Positions 1 to 9,100 of a DNA stretch of 41,592 nt are shown piece after piece; position 1 is the first letter of the stretch, and each line of letters opens with the position of its first letter. The notes beneath the pieces were generated by a model, which was given only the letters and a program-made list of their open reading frames with translations, was not told where the DNA came from and did not search any database. The DNA is from an uncultured Candidatus Saccharibacteria bacterium (GTDB lineage Bacteria > Patescibacteriota > UBA1384 > 2-12-FULL-50-11 > DASWYB01). The translations under genes and the position numbers were made by a program. The stretch lies in the NCBI GenBank assembly GCA_964372935.1, contig CAYJRF010000006.1:1-41592 (forward strand). The letters run 5' to 3'.

Positions 1-557
1 GCCTCAATCACCTCCCAGCCGCCTTTGCTGCCAATCTCGCAGCCGGCCACAAACAGCAGGGTATCGCTATCGGCAATGCCGTGACGTCGACGCCACGACA
101 AAGCCGCCGTCGGGGTTGGCGCCGGACAATAAAAGTCGGTGTCGACCGATTCCTTAATCACCAAAATCTGCGGCTTGGTGACGCCGTCGCGGCGAAATGT
201 CCGCGCCACCGTCTCGCTCGGAGCGATAATGAGCGGCAGGTCGTTTAAAATCTCGGCATAGTAGGGGTAAACCCAGCCGTCGCTCACCATGGCCGGCACC
301 ACCACCAGACCGTGTTGCCGCGGATGGACCACCGTGGGCCATGTATCGCGCCAACTGCCCACGCTTACCACGGCATCGGGGGCAAAGTCGGCGTAGGCGG
401 CCAGTTTTTGGCCGTCATCCAAATACGGCGCCACGGCCACCTCGTGACCGAGCGCGGTCAGGCCGCGCGCCAAATCGCCGCCTTTGACGTCAAACGAATT
501 GGCGGGACGGAGTGTGTCGGTAGAGGAATGTTTGGAACAAAAAATAAGTAGGCGCAT
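1..557 (-). CDS. Glycosyltransferase family 4 (GT-B), 5' portion; runs off the left edge of the window
   Basis: Not in the ORF track. Manual translation from ATG 557: MRLLIFCSKH...KGGDLARGLTALGHEVAV...IIAPSETVARTF...ILVIKESVDTDFYCP...LLFVAGCEIGSKGGWEVIE. The GHEV, xVDTxxFxP and KG motifs are typical of GT4, and the frame is open to the window edge. Confidence 0.8.
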   Translation of the reverse strand, partial: MRLLIFCSKHSSTDTLRPANSFDVKGGDLARGLTALGHEVAVAPYLDDGQKLAAYADFAPDAVVSVGSWRDTWPTVVHPRQHGLVVVPAMVSDGWVYPYYAEILNDLPLIIAPSETVARTFRRDGVTKPQILVIKESVDTDFYCPAPTPTAALSWRRRHGIADSDTLLFVAGCEIGSKGGWEVIE

Positions 558-606
558 CCGTTTACTTCCCGAAACAATCGTGATTCTATCACATATGAGG
601 GGTAAC

Positions 607-1752
607 ATGACACCATCGCCCGCCGATCACGCCACAAGGCTCGCCGTGACCGCGATTAACGCTTGCGTCAACGGCGACCATATTTTGTTTGCCTCGGCCA
701 TCGGGCGTCAGCCAGCCTACGACAGTCTCTGGACGCGCGACTTTTGCCACACGCTGTTTGGATTGATCGCCGCCGGCCTGACCGATCAATTCGACACGGT
801 GATTGAGCGCTCGCTCGAAGCCATTTTTGAGTCGCAAACGCCGTCGGGCCAAATTCCCGCCAACATTGATCGCTGGAGCCAACGGCCCAAGCGCGCCTAC
901 TGGGCCACGGTAGACTCCACCCTATTGGTCCTGCTGGTGATGGCCCTGCTACCCGAACACCGGCGATTCCAAACGCGGTTTCAAGCCAATATTCGCCAGG
1001 CCTACCGTTGGCTGGCCGAACGCGACACCGCCGATTTAGGGCTGATCGAGCAGCAGGAAACCACCGACTGGCTCGACACGATTCCGGTGCGCGGACACGG
1101 CCTGACGACCAACTTGCTCTATTGGCTCGCTCTCCGCGCCGACGGGCGGGACGACGACGCCGCTCGCTGTCTGGGCAGTCTGAAACATGAGTTTCGGGTT
1201 AACGAACAGGGGTTTTTGCCATCTTGGGTCTGGAAAGTTGATCGCGCCGACTATGGCGACGCCTTGGGAACATGTTTAGCCATAATCGCGCGGCCGTGGC
1301 CAAGTAATGATCGGCAAGCGATGCTAACATGGCTGGAAGGCGATTGCGCTAACCCCGCGCCGCTCCGCGCGATCATGCCGCCGCTCACCCCGTCGAGCCG
1401 CGACTGGCGGCAGTCTCTGGTCGTGAGCGCCTCGCGCGAACCGTTTCAATATCAAAACGGGGGAATCTGGCCGTATCTCGGCGGTTGGTACGTTTTGGCT
1501 TTGGTGAGCCAAGATCGCCTCGCCGACGCCGAACGGATGCTGCGAATACTCGAACAAATCAACACCACCTCCGACCATCCGTTCCCCGAGTGGCTCGATG
1601 GTCGCACCGGCCAAGCGCGCGGTAGCTACGGGCAGGCGTGGTCGGCCGGGATGTATCTGGCCGCCGCCGCCGCCGTCCGCAACCGACGAACCTTTCTTGA
1701 CCGGTTGTTAATTCCGTCAAACTATCCCTCGGCGCCGTCCTCCGTCAGATGA
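607..1752 (+). CDS. Six-hairpin glycoside hydrolase (amylo-alpha-1,6-glucosidase/GDE C-terminal or GH100 invertase-like)
   Basis: Motifs YDSLWTRDF, TVDSTL, TDWLD, YQNGGIWP, FPEW and QAWSAGMYL. Start moved from 484 to ATG 607, which has a GAGGGG SD and avoids overlapping the divergent GT4. Confidence 0.75.
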   Translation: MTPSPADHATRLAVTAINACVNGDHILFASAIGRQPAYDSLWTRDFCHTLFGLIAAGLTDQFDTVIERSLEAIFESQTPSGQIPANIDRWSQRPKRAYWATVDSTLLVLLVMALLPEHRRFQTRFQANIRQAYRWLAERDTADLGLIEQQETTDWLDTIPVRGHGLTTNLLYWLALRADGRDDDAARCLGSLKHEFRVNEQGFLPSWVWKVDRADYGDALGTCLAIIARPWPSNDRQAMLTWLEGDCANPAPLRAIMPPLTPSSRDWRQSLVVSASREPFQYQNGGIWPYLGGWYVLALVSQDRLADAERMLRILEQINTTSDHPFPEWLDGRTGQARGSYGQAWSAGMYLAAAAAVRNRRTFLDRLLIPSNYPSAPSSVR

Positions 1753-2513
1753 ATGGCGCGGTAGGCCTCGGCCGAGATGACGAAAAAAGCTTCGGCTAGA
1801 TTGCCCCACCCAAAAATCGCCGCGCGGTAGCGGTTGAGGCCGAGCATGGCCTCTTGGTAATTACGGCGCAGTGACTGGCTTTCGTGACGGGCAATGGCCT
1901 GTTGCTTAACGTCGGCGACGGCATCAATGCTCAACACGCGGTTGGGGATGACTGGCGTTTCCAGCTCGTATTGGGCCACGGTCATTTTCCGGCGGCGCGT
2001 AGAGGGCAAACGGCCCAGGGCGCCGACCAATATCCGATTGACGCGATAATCGGCCGTCTGGGTGTCTAAGGGCGAAGGAACGTAGACAATATCCGGATTA
2101 AGCTCGTCGACCAGTTCCGTCAGCGCCAAAAGTTTGAGTTCGTCAACCATAATCGGTTCGTCCCAACTCCAATTAACGACCCTAATTCGCTCGGTCGTGA
2201 TGACGGCGTGGGCCGCGGCCTGTTCCCGCCGACGGCGCGGCCCCAACGCCCGAGACAGGCGTCCGGTCATGGTGCCACGCAAACCGGCCGTAAGGGTTAA
2301 CACCGTCATAATAATCTCCAAACGACTGTACTCGGCCATGGCGCCGGCCATGGCCATAACATCATCGCCCGGCTGGATGGCGATAATCAGGGGACGAGTC
2401 CCCGGCGGATCGGTTAACCGCTCAAACTCGGCTTGACGGCCTATCACCCCCCGAAGTCGGCTTAAACCGAACGATTGAATAATTTCGAGCCAATTTTTAA
2501 CCCGCCAAGTCAT
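1722..2513 (-). CDS. PIG-L/LmbE family deacetylase-like protein with degenerate metal motifs
   Basis: Layout matches PIG-L (IIAIQPGDD...G, RRREQAAA, PDIVYVP, YE, KQQAIARHESQ, AEAF), but the canonical HPDDE and HxDH histidines are absent. Confidence 0.7.
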   Translation of the reverse strand: MTWRVKNWLEIIQSFGLSRLRGVIGRQAEFERLTDPPGTRPLIIAIQPGDDVMAMAGAMAEYSRLEIIMTVLTLTAGLRGTMTGRLSRALGPRRRREQAAAHAVITTERIRVVNWSWDEPIMVDELKLLALTELVDELNPDIVYVPSPLDTQTADYRVNRILVGALGRLPSTRRRKMTVAQYELETPVIPNRVLSIDAVADVKQQAIARHESQSLRRNYQEAMLGLNRYRAAIFGWGNLAEAFFVISAEAYRAIHLTEDGAEG

Positions 2514-4002
2514 CGCGCGGTTGATCTCCGTCCTCGGAACTAATTTTCGCCACCGCGGTCTCCAAACGACGGAGAGATTCGTCGCGTCCCAGAACCGCCA
2601 AAACTTCGAACACTCCCGGCGAGGCCGCCAATCCGGTCAACGCCACCCGCGTTGGCCAGAGCACTTCGCCGCTTTTTTGGCCGCTCATCAAAATTGCTTC
2701 GCGCAGGGCCGCTTCCAAATGCGACGATGTCCACGGCGAAACCGTGGCCAAAGTGGCGCGCGCCAACTCTAAGGCCGCCAGCGCCTCCGAACGCGACTGC
2801 CGCTTTAACGGGATTAACGCCGAGAGATAATTAGTCGGCGCAACGTAAAAAAACGCCGACAAATTGCCAAATTCGCCCAGAGTAACCAACCGATCGCCCA
2901 AAACTGCTACGACTGCCCCAAAAAAATCCGGCTTGTCCCGCCAGCGCTCGGCCTGCGCCGGATCGCGTATTTGCCAATAATCCAGTAATCGATCTGCCAA
3001 GGCGGCGGGAGAAAGCAACCGGATATGGGCAGCGTTAAACCAATCAAGACGGATGGCGTCAAACGCCGCCGGACTGGCCTGAACGCGACTTAAATCAAAA
3101 AGCTCAATCAGCTCGGCCAGAGAAAAAATTTCCTGATCGGTGCCGCTCGACCAGCCCAAATGGGCCAACATGTTAATCATGGCCTCCGGCAGATAGCCGG
3201 CGGCGCGATAGTCCGTGACCGCTTTGGCGCCGCGACGCTTCGACAGCTTGCCCTTGTCGGCGTCTAAAATCACCGGCACATGAGCGTAAACCGGCGGCGT
3301 CCAACCCAGACAGTTAAGGAGAGCAACGTGCCGCGGCGCCGAAGACAGCCACTCATCGCCGCGAATAACGTGGGTAATATTCATGTCGTGATCGTCCACC
3401 ACATGGGCCAAATGATAAGTGGGGAAACCGTCCGCCTTGAGTAGAACGTGATCGTCAAGGCGCGCGCCGTCTACCGTCACAGCGCCGTGAATCACGTCTT
3501 CCACCCGTATCGGCGCCGCGGGCATTTTTTGACGAATCACCGCCGCGTCGCCCCGCGCCAGTCTGGCCTGCGCCTTGGCGAGCGGCCAGTCGCGGTAGCC
3601 CCAGCGATTGTCATAGCGCGGCGGCAGACCGGCGGCTTGCCTGACGGCGCGCATGGCCGCCAGCTCGGACGGCGTGGCAAAGCAGTAGTAGGCGTGACCG
3701 ACGCCCACCAACTCTTCGGCCACGGCGCGGTATCGCGCGATTCGGGCTGATTGGCGCACATACGGTTGGCCGTCGTAGGGATCCGGCCGCAACCCCAGCC
3801 ACGCCAAAAGGTCGAGAAGTCGTTCCACCGCCCCGGGGACGACGCGCGCCTGATCGGTGTCTTCGACCCGCAAAAAAAACTCGCCGCCGTGCCGGCGGGC
3901 GAAGAGGTAGTTGAACAGGGCTGTGCGGGCGTTGCCCAAATGCCAGTCGCCGGTGGGGCTGGGAGCGATGCGCACCCGAATATGCCGGTTGTCTGCCGCC
4001 AT
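2497..4002 (-). CDS. gltX: Glutamate--tRNA ligase
   Basis: RVRIAPSPTGDWHLGNARTALFNYLFAR, LRVEDTD, DGFPTYH, ITHVIRGDEW, KLSKR, ALTG...SPG. Likely start is ATG 4002. Confidence 0.97.
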   Translation of the reverse strand: MAADNRHIRVRIAPSPTGDWHLGNARTALFNYLFARRHGGEFFLRVEDTDQARVVPGAVERLLDLLAWLGLRPDPYDGQPYVRQSARIARYRAVAEELVGVGHAYYCFATPSELAAMRAVRQAAGLPPRYDNRWGYRDWPLAKAQARLARGDAAVIRQKMPAAPIRVEDVIHGAVTVDGARLDDHVLLKADGFPTYHLAHVVDDHDMNITHVIRGDEWLSSAPRHVALLNCLGWTPPVYAHVPVILDADKGKLSKRRGAKAVTDYRAAGYLPEAMINMLAHLGWSSGTDQEIFSLAELIELFDLSRVQASPAAFDAIRLDWFNAAHIRLLSPAALADRLLDYWQIRDPAQAERWRDKPDFFGAVVAVLGDRLVTLGEFGNLSAFFYVAPTNYLSALIPLKRQSRSEALAALELARATLATVSPWTSSHLEAALREAILMSGQKSGEVLWPTRVALTGLAASPGVFEVLAVLGRDESLRRLETAVAKISSEDGDQPRDDLAG

Positions 4003-4003
4003 G

Positions 4004-4363
4004 CTAGAATTCCTCAATCGCGAACGGATAGTGCCTAACCACCGGCTGGGGATCGGCCAGTCGGTCAATGGTGATTACGTCAACTCGAACAGGCTTATTA
4101 TACTCGCCCTCAAGCCATTTCGCCAACCGAATTAGGGTGCGCCGTTTGGCGGGCGTGATCATCTCCACCGCCACCCCAAGGCGAGACGTCCGTTTGGCTT
4201 TGACCTCCACTATCACCAGGCCGGTGTCGGCTTGAGCTAAAATATCAACTTCTCCGAACCGAAAATGGGCGTTGCGACGCAACACCCGCCAACCAAGATT
4301 TTGGACAAACTCTATCGCCAAGTCCTCCCCAAAGCGGCCGGTGTCGCGCCGGTGATGGTTCAT
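4004..4363 (-). CDS. yraN: YraN (UPF0102) family putative endonuclease
   Basis: GRFGEDLA, RN...GEVDILA, VIVEVK, RVDVI: the PD-(D/E)xK-type YraN signature. Usual position near rplS. Confidence 0.9.
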   Translation of the reverse strand: MNHHRRDTGRFGEDLAIEFVQNLGWRVLRRNAHFRFGEVDILAQADTGLVIVEVKAKRTSRLGVAVEMITPAKRRTLIRLAKWLEGEYNKPVRVDVITIDRLADPQPVVRHYPFAIEEF

Positions 4364-4393
4364 GACCAACGGTCGTTTGGGGCGCCCGCGCCC

Positions 4394-4945
4394 TTAGTCG
4401 GCGGCCGCCGACTCGCTCTTTGGCTGGTCCGGTTCGCCGGCCGAAGCGTTTGACTCATCAGCCGACTCCGAGGGATTCAAGTTGCCCGAAGTCGGGGCGT
4501 CGGGCAATTCTGCCGACGGCTGGTCGGCGACAGCTTGAGAGATATCGTCGGCCCGAGCCTCCGCCCGAGCCTCCTGCCACGACGCCGTGTCGCGCGATTC
4601 CTTTTTGAGCCTAGACGCTCGGCCAAACCGTTCGCGCATATAATAGAGCCGCGCTTGGCGCACCTTGCCGGTTTTTAATCGTTCAACTTTGACAACATTG
4701 GGCGAATGCAGGGGAAAAGTTTTTTCCACCCCGACGCCAGAAGCCACTCGACGCACCACGAAACTGGCGTTGATAGCCCGACGACCGCGCGTGGCGAGCA
4801 CCAAACCTTCAAATATTTGAATCCGCTCTTTATTCCCCTCGCGAATGCGCTGATGAACCCGCACGGTGTCGCCCGGCCGCAGGGCCGGAACCTCGCGCTT
4901 CATAAACGGGTCGGCAAGACGTTCAATTACTTCTCTGGTGTCCAA
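4394..4945 (-). CDS. rplS: 50S ribosomal protein L19 with acidic low-complexity C-terminal extension
   Basis: PGDTVRVHQRIREGNKERIQIFEG, GVGVEKTFPLHSP, GKVRQARLYYMR. Probable TTG start at 4945 with an AAAGGA SD. Confidence 0.96.
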   Translation of the reverse strand: MDTREVIERLADPFMKREVPALRPGDTVRVHQRIREGNKERIQIFEGLVLATRGRRAINASFVVRRVASGVGVEKTFPLHSPNVVKVERLKTGKVRQARLYYMRERFGRASRLKKESRDTASWQEARAEARADDISQAVADQPSAELPDAPTSGNLNPSESADESNASAGEPDQPKSESAAAD

Positions 4946-5008
4946 GTGTATCCTTTCGCGACATTCATTATACCCCATAAACCGGCGCGGCGGCAATCAG
5001 GCCAACAT

Positions 5009-5050
5009 TAAAGGGGCCTGCCAACGACCAGCGGTCGTCGGCAGGCCCCT
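5009..5050 (-). terminator. Intrinsic terminator hairpin
   Basis: AGGGGCCTGCC (5012-5022) pairs with GGCAGGCCCCT (5040-5050), plus inner ACGACC/GGTCGT. Followed by TTTAATGTT on the minus strand, just downstream of the 5073 stop. Confidence 0.7.
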
Positions 5051-5072
5051 GCGTGAAACTTTTAGCGCCCCA

Positions 5073-5378
5073 CTAGCACTGGGTGTACTTGAACAGCTTA
5101 GTGCTATCCCCTTCTGACACCACCACTGCGCGGCCTGGGCCAGTGGTCGACCTGACCATCACGGCCAGAGCTTCCTCACCACCGTTATCGAGCGCGGTGA
5201 TGATGTTGAGTCGGACATCGGGGGGGATGGTTAACCCCACGGCCCCATGCCTGGGCAGGCCGTCCGACCAGACGAGGAGGTCACTCGGGTCGAGTAATTG
5301 CTGGAAAGTCCAGCCTTCCGGCAAGCGATGCTGGAGATTCGTCGAACCTCCGCCGCTTGCGGCTTCTACTTGCGCCAC
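5073..5378 (-). CDS. Hypothetical protein (~101 aa, orphan)
   Basis: GTG start at 5378 with a GAGGG SD, a globular-looking sequence (LPEGWTFQQLLDPSDLLVWSDG...) and its own downstream terminator. The upstream extension in the ORF track runs through hairpin-rich DNA and looks spurious. Confidence 0.55.
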   Translation of the reverse strand: MAQVEAASGGGSTNLQHRLPEGWTFQQLLDPSDLLVWSDGLPRHGAVGLTIPPDVRLNIITALDNGGEEALAVMVRSTTGPGRAVVVSEGDSTKLFKYTQC

Positions 5379-5399
5379 GCGATTTCCCTCTTGTCTTGA

Positions 5400-5726
5400 A
5401 CCTACCGATCCGATCACCATGTTGGTGTTCTCCGTCGCGCATCGCGGCTGCACGCGATCTCGCTTCAGCGAGAAGAAGCGACGGGGACGGCTTGACCGCG
5501 GCGAAGAGGCCGCGGCAACGCCATCAACGAACCGGCCGCGCCCAAAGGGTACCCTTGGGCGCAATAGTCAAAAATTAAGGTGCAATATGCAATACATTCC
5601 AATTCGCTTGGCAGCTTTCGAGACAAAGCCAACCGCGTTGTTGCCGCAACAACGGTTAGCGGTTCGAGACGGCTCGTAAGCCACCTCGCCAATCCGCCGC
5701 CGAGGCGGATCGGGCGAATTGGCTTG
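5400..5726 (-). ncRNA. Candidate structured non-coding RNA / long 5' leader (unclassified)
   Basis: At least eight stems in two blocks separated by an AT-rich spacer. Several mismatches on the plus strand become G-U pairs on the minus strand. See findings. Confidence 0.4.
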
Positions 5727-5728
5727 AA

Positions 5729-6034
5729 TCAGGCCTTGGGATCCACTCTCGCAGGGGTGTCCGGCAACACGTGAACCATACGCTTGGCGCGCCACTGGCC
5801 GTTAAAATTGCGCACGGTTTTCACGGCGAATCGCACCGTGCCGGCCGAGCGAGCAAACAGGGTATCGTCACCGCCCCGACCAACGTTTTGGCCGGCATAA
5901 AACTTACTCCCGCGCTGACGAACCAAAATCCCGCCGGCGCGGACGCTCTGCGAGCCAAATAATTTGACCCCCAGCCGCTTGCTGTCGCTATCGCGCAGGT
6001 TTCTGGTGGAACCTTTGCCTTTGGTATGAGCCAT
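5729..6034 (-). CDS. rpmA: 50S ribosomal protein L27
   Basis: [24 protein letters not shown]...GGILVRQRG...[12 protein letters not shown]. Confidence 0.97.
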   Translation of the reverse strand: MAHTKGKGSTRNLRDSDSKRLGVKLFGSQSVRAGGILVRQRGSKFYAGQNVGRGGDDTLFARSAGTVRFAVKTVRNFNGQWRAKRMVHVLPDTPARVDPKA

Positions 6035-6173
6035 TCGCGCTCCTTCAACGAGTTGATCACCCGATCTTTTAGTTAATCTACATCAAATCGGCCCTAAAAG
6101 CAACCCGCGCCGTCAAAATCGTCTCAAATCCGTCTTGGCGAGGCGGCGCTAGTTAGGATATAACAAAAAGAGC

Positions 6174-9100
6174 ATGGCCAACTTCGTCCACCTCCACGTC
6201 CACTCCCATTACAGCCTTCTCGACGGGCTGGGTAAAATTGACGAACTGATCGCTAGGGCCAAGGAATTGGACATGCCGGCGCTCGCCCTGACCGACCATG
6301 GCAATATGTACGGAGCGATTGAGTTTTATACCAAGTGCCGCAAGGCCGGAATTAAACCGATCATTGGCGTTGAGGCCTATCTCGCGCCGCGGGGCATGCT
6401 TGACAAGGTCCCGAAAGTTGACTCCGTGGCCTACCACCAGCTCCTGCTGGCCAAAAACGAAACTGGCTACCGCAATCTGTTGTCCCTCGTATCCGAGGCC
6501 CACTGCCGCGGGATGTATTACAAGCCGCGAATTGACTTAAAATTGCTCGCCCAGCACGCCAAAGGGCTGATTGGCACTTCCGGTTGCTTGGCCGGCATGA
6601 TACCGACGGCGATTGTCGCCGGGGACATGGAGCGAGCCGTGGCGTTAGCGCGGCAGTTCGCCGAGATGTTCGAGGGCGATTTTTATCTTGAGCTCCAGCA
6701 TCATCCGTCGCTTCGCGATCAAGCCACGGTCAACGACGCTCTCCGAGACATCGCGCGAACGCTCAACCTGCCGCTTATCGCCACCGGCGACGTTCATTAC
6801 GTCCGTCCGGAAGACCGCGAAACCCACGAGGTGCTGTTAGCCATTAACACCGGCAAGGATTTGGCGGCCGACGATCGCTTAACGTTTGGCACGGTCAATG
6901 TGGCCATGGAGGACGCCGACTACTACCGCCACGCCTTCGCCGACACGCCGGAAGCGATTGCCAACACCATCAAAGTGGCCGAGGCGTGTAGCCTTAAGCT
7001 TAAACTGGGCGAAAACATCTTACCGAACTTCCGCGTGCCGGCGGGCTACAACGAAGATAGTTACTTGGAGCGCTTGTGCCACGACGGCCTCAAAAAACGT
7101 TTCCATGAGATCACGCCGGAAATCACCGCCCGTCTTAACTACGAATTGACCACGATCAAAAACATGGGGTTTGCCGCCTATCATCTGATCGTGGCCGATT
7201 TCGTGACCTGGGCGAAAGACCACGGCATTTACGTCGGTCCCGGGCGCGGCTCGGCGGCCGGCAGTCTCGTGGCTTACGCCACCGGCATTACCGACATTGA
7301 TCCGTTCCCCTATGGCTTCCTGTTCGAGCGCTATCTTAATCCCGACCGCATCGAGATGCCGGACATTGACATGGACTTTGCCGACGACCGCCGCGACGAA
7401 GTGATTGACTACGTCCGCCAAAAATACGGCGACGATCACGTGGCTGGCGTGGCCACCTTCGGGACAATGATGGGCCGGGCCGCCGTGCGCGATGTTGGCC
7501 GAGTGCTGGGCATGGCCTATAGCGAAGTAGACGCCATCGCCAAACTGATCCCGCCGCCAGTCCAGGGCCGCCACATTCCGCTCAAGGATTCCGTAGAACG
7601 TGTCGCCGAGCTGGCGGCCAAGTACGCCGCCGAGCCGCGAATTAAACGCCTGATTGACTTTGCCGTCAAGCTCGAAGGCACGGTGCGCCACGCCAGCCAG
7701 CATGCCTGCGCCTTTGTGATTTGCCGCGAACCGACAGTTCACTACGCCCCGGTTCAGCCGGCCCAACGGGGGCGGGTGGGTGTCGTGACTCAATATTCCA
7801 TGAAGCCCATCGCCGAACTCGGGCTCCTTAAAATGGACTTTTTGGGACTGTCCAATTTAACCATCATGCGTCAGGCCATGCGGATTATTCGCCAAACCGG
7901 CCAGCGCGATTTCGACATCCATCAAGTCCCCCTTGACGACCCCAAAACGTATCGGTTGTTGGCGCGCGGCGAAACTGTTGGCGTGTTCCAGTTGGAGTCT
8001 GACGGCATGCAACGCTACATCAAAGAACTCAAGCCCGACCGATTCGAAGATATTATCGCCATGGTGTCGCTCTATCGCCCCGGGCCGATGCAAAACATCC
8101 CCAGTTTCATCGCCCGCAAGCATGGACGCGAGCCGGTCACGTACCTTCATCCCAAACTGGAGCACGCCCTGGCCGAAACCTACGGCATTCCGGTGTACCA
8201 AGAACAGGTCATGCAAGCGGCGAAGGATTTAGCCGGATTTACCGGCGGCGAGGCGGACACGCTACGCAAAGCCATGGGGAAAAAAATCGCCGGTTTGATG
8301 GCCCAGATGAAGGTTAAATTTATTGCCGGTTGCCGGAAACACTCCGCCATCGAGGCCGGACTGGCGGAGACGATTTTTAAGCAGTTCGAGGATTTTGCCG
8401 CTTACGGGTTTAACAAGTCGCACGCCGGTTGTTACGCCCTGATCGCCTACCAAACGGCCTACCTGAAAACCAATTATCCAGCCGCTTTTTTGGCCGCTCT
8501 CCTGACGAGCAACAACGACAACCTGGACAAAATGGGCGTCGAGATGGCCGAAGCCGCCAGACTGGGCATTCCCGTCCTCCCGCCCGATGTTAATGAATCG
8601 TTCCCGGAATTCGGGGTGATCGTCAAGCAAACTGCCGTCGGTCAGTCGCCCGCCAACGACTATATCCGTTTCGGCTTGGCGGCGATTAAAAACGTTGGCG
8701 GGAGCGTGGCCAACAGCATTGTCGCCGAACGCCAAGCCAACGGACCATACGCCACCCTGACCGATTTCTTGGCCCGCCTAGGCCCGACGGTGCTCAACAA
8801 ACGCGTTCTCGAGGCTCTGGCCATGAGCGGCGCCTTAGACAAGTTTGGTGAACGCAACAATTTAGTCCAATCGGTGGAGATTATGACGCGGTTTCTCGCC
8901 AACGGCAAACGCGACGCCTCCCAAATCGGCCTCTTTGCCGCCGAGAGCGTGGCCATCGTCAAAAACATCGCCTTGGCCGAGGCGCCCCCGGCGTCTCAAC
9001 GCACCTACTTAGAATGGGAAAAACAGTTGCTGGGAATTTATCTCACCGGCCATCCCTTAAAAGAAATTCAGCCGATTCTGCCCCATATCGCCACCGCCAT

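Noticed and set aside
5083..5679. 198-aa plus-strand ORF
   Set aside because: Antisense to the orphan gene, whose SD and terminator are on the minus strand, and it runs through hairpin DNA with non-protein-like composition.
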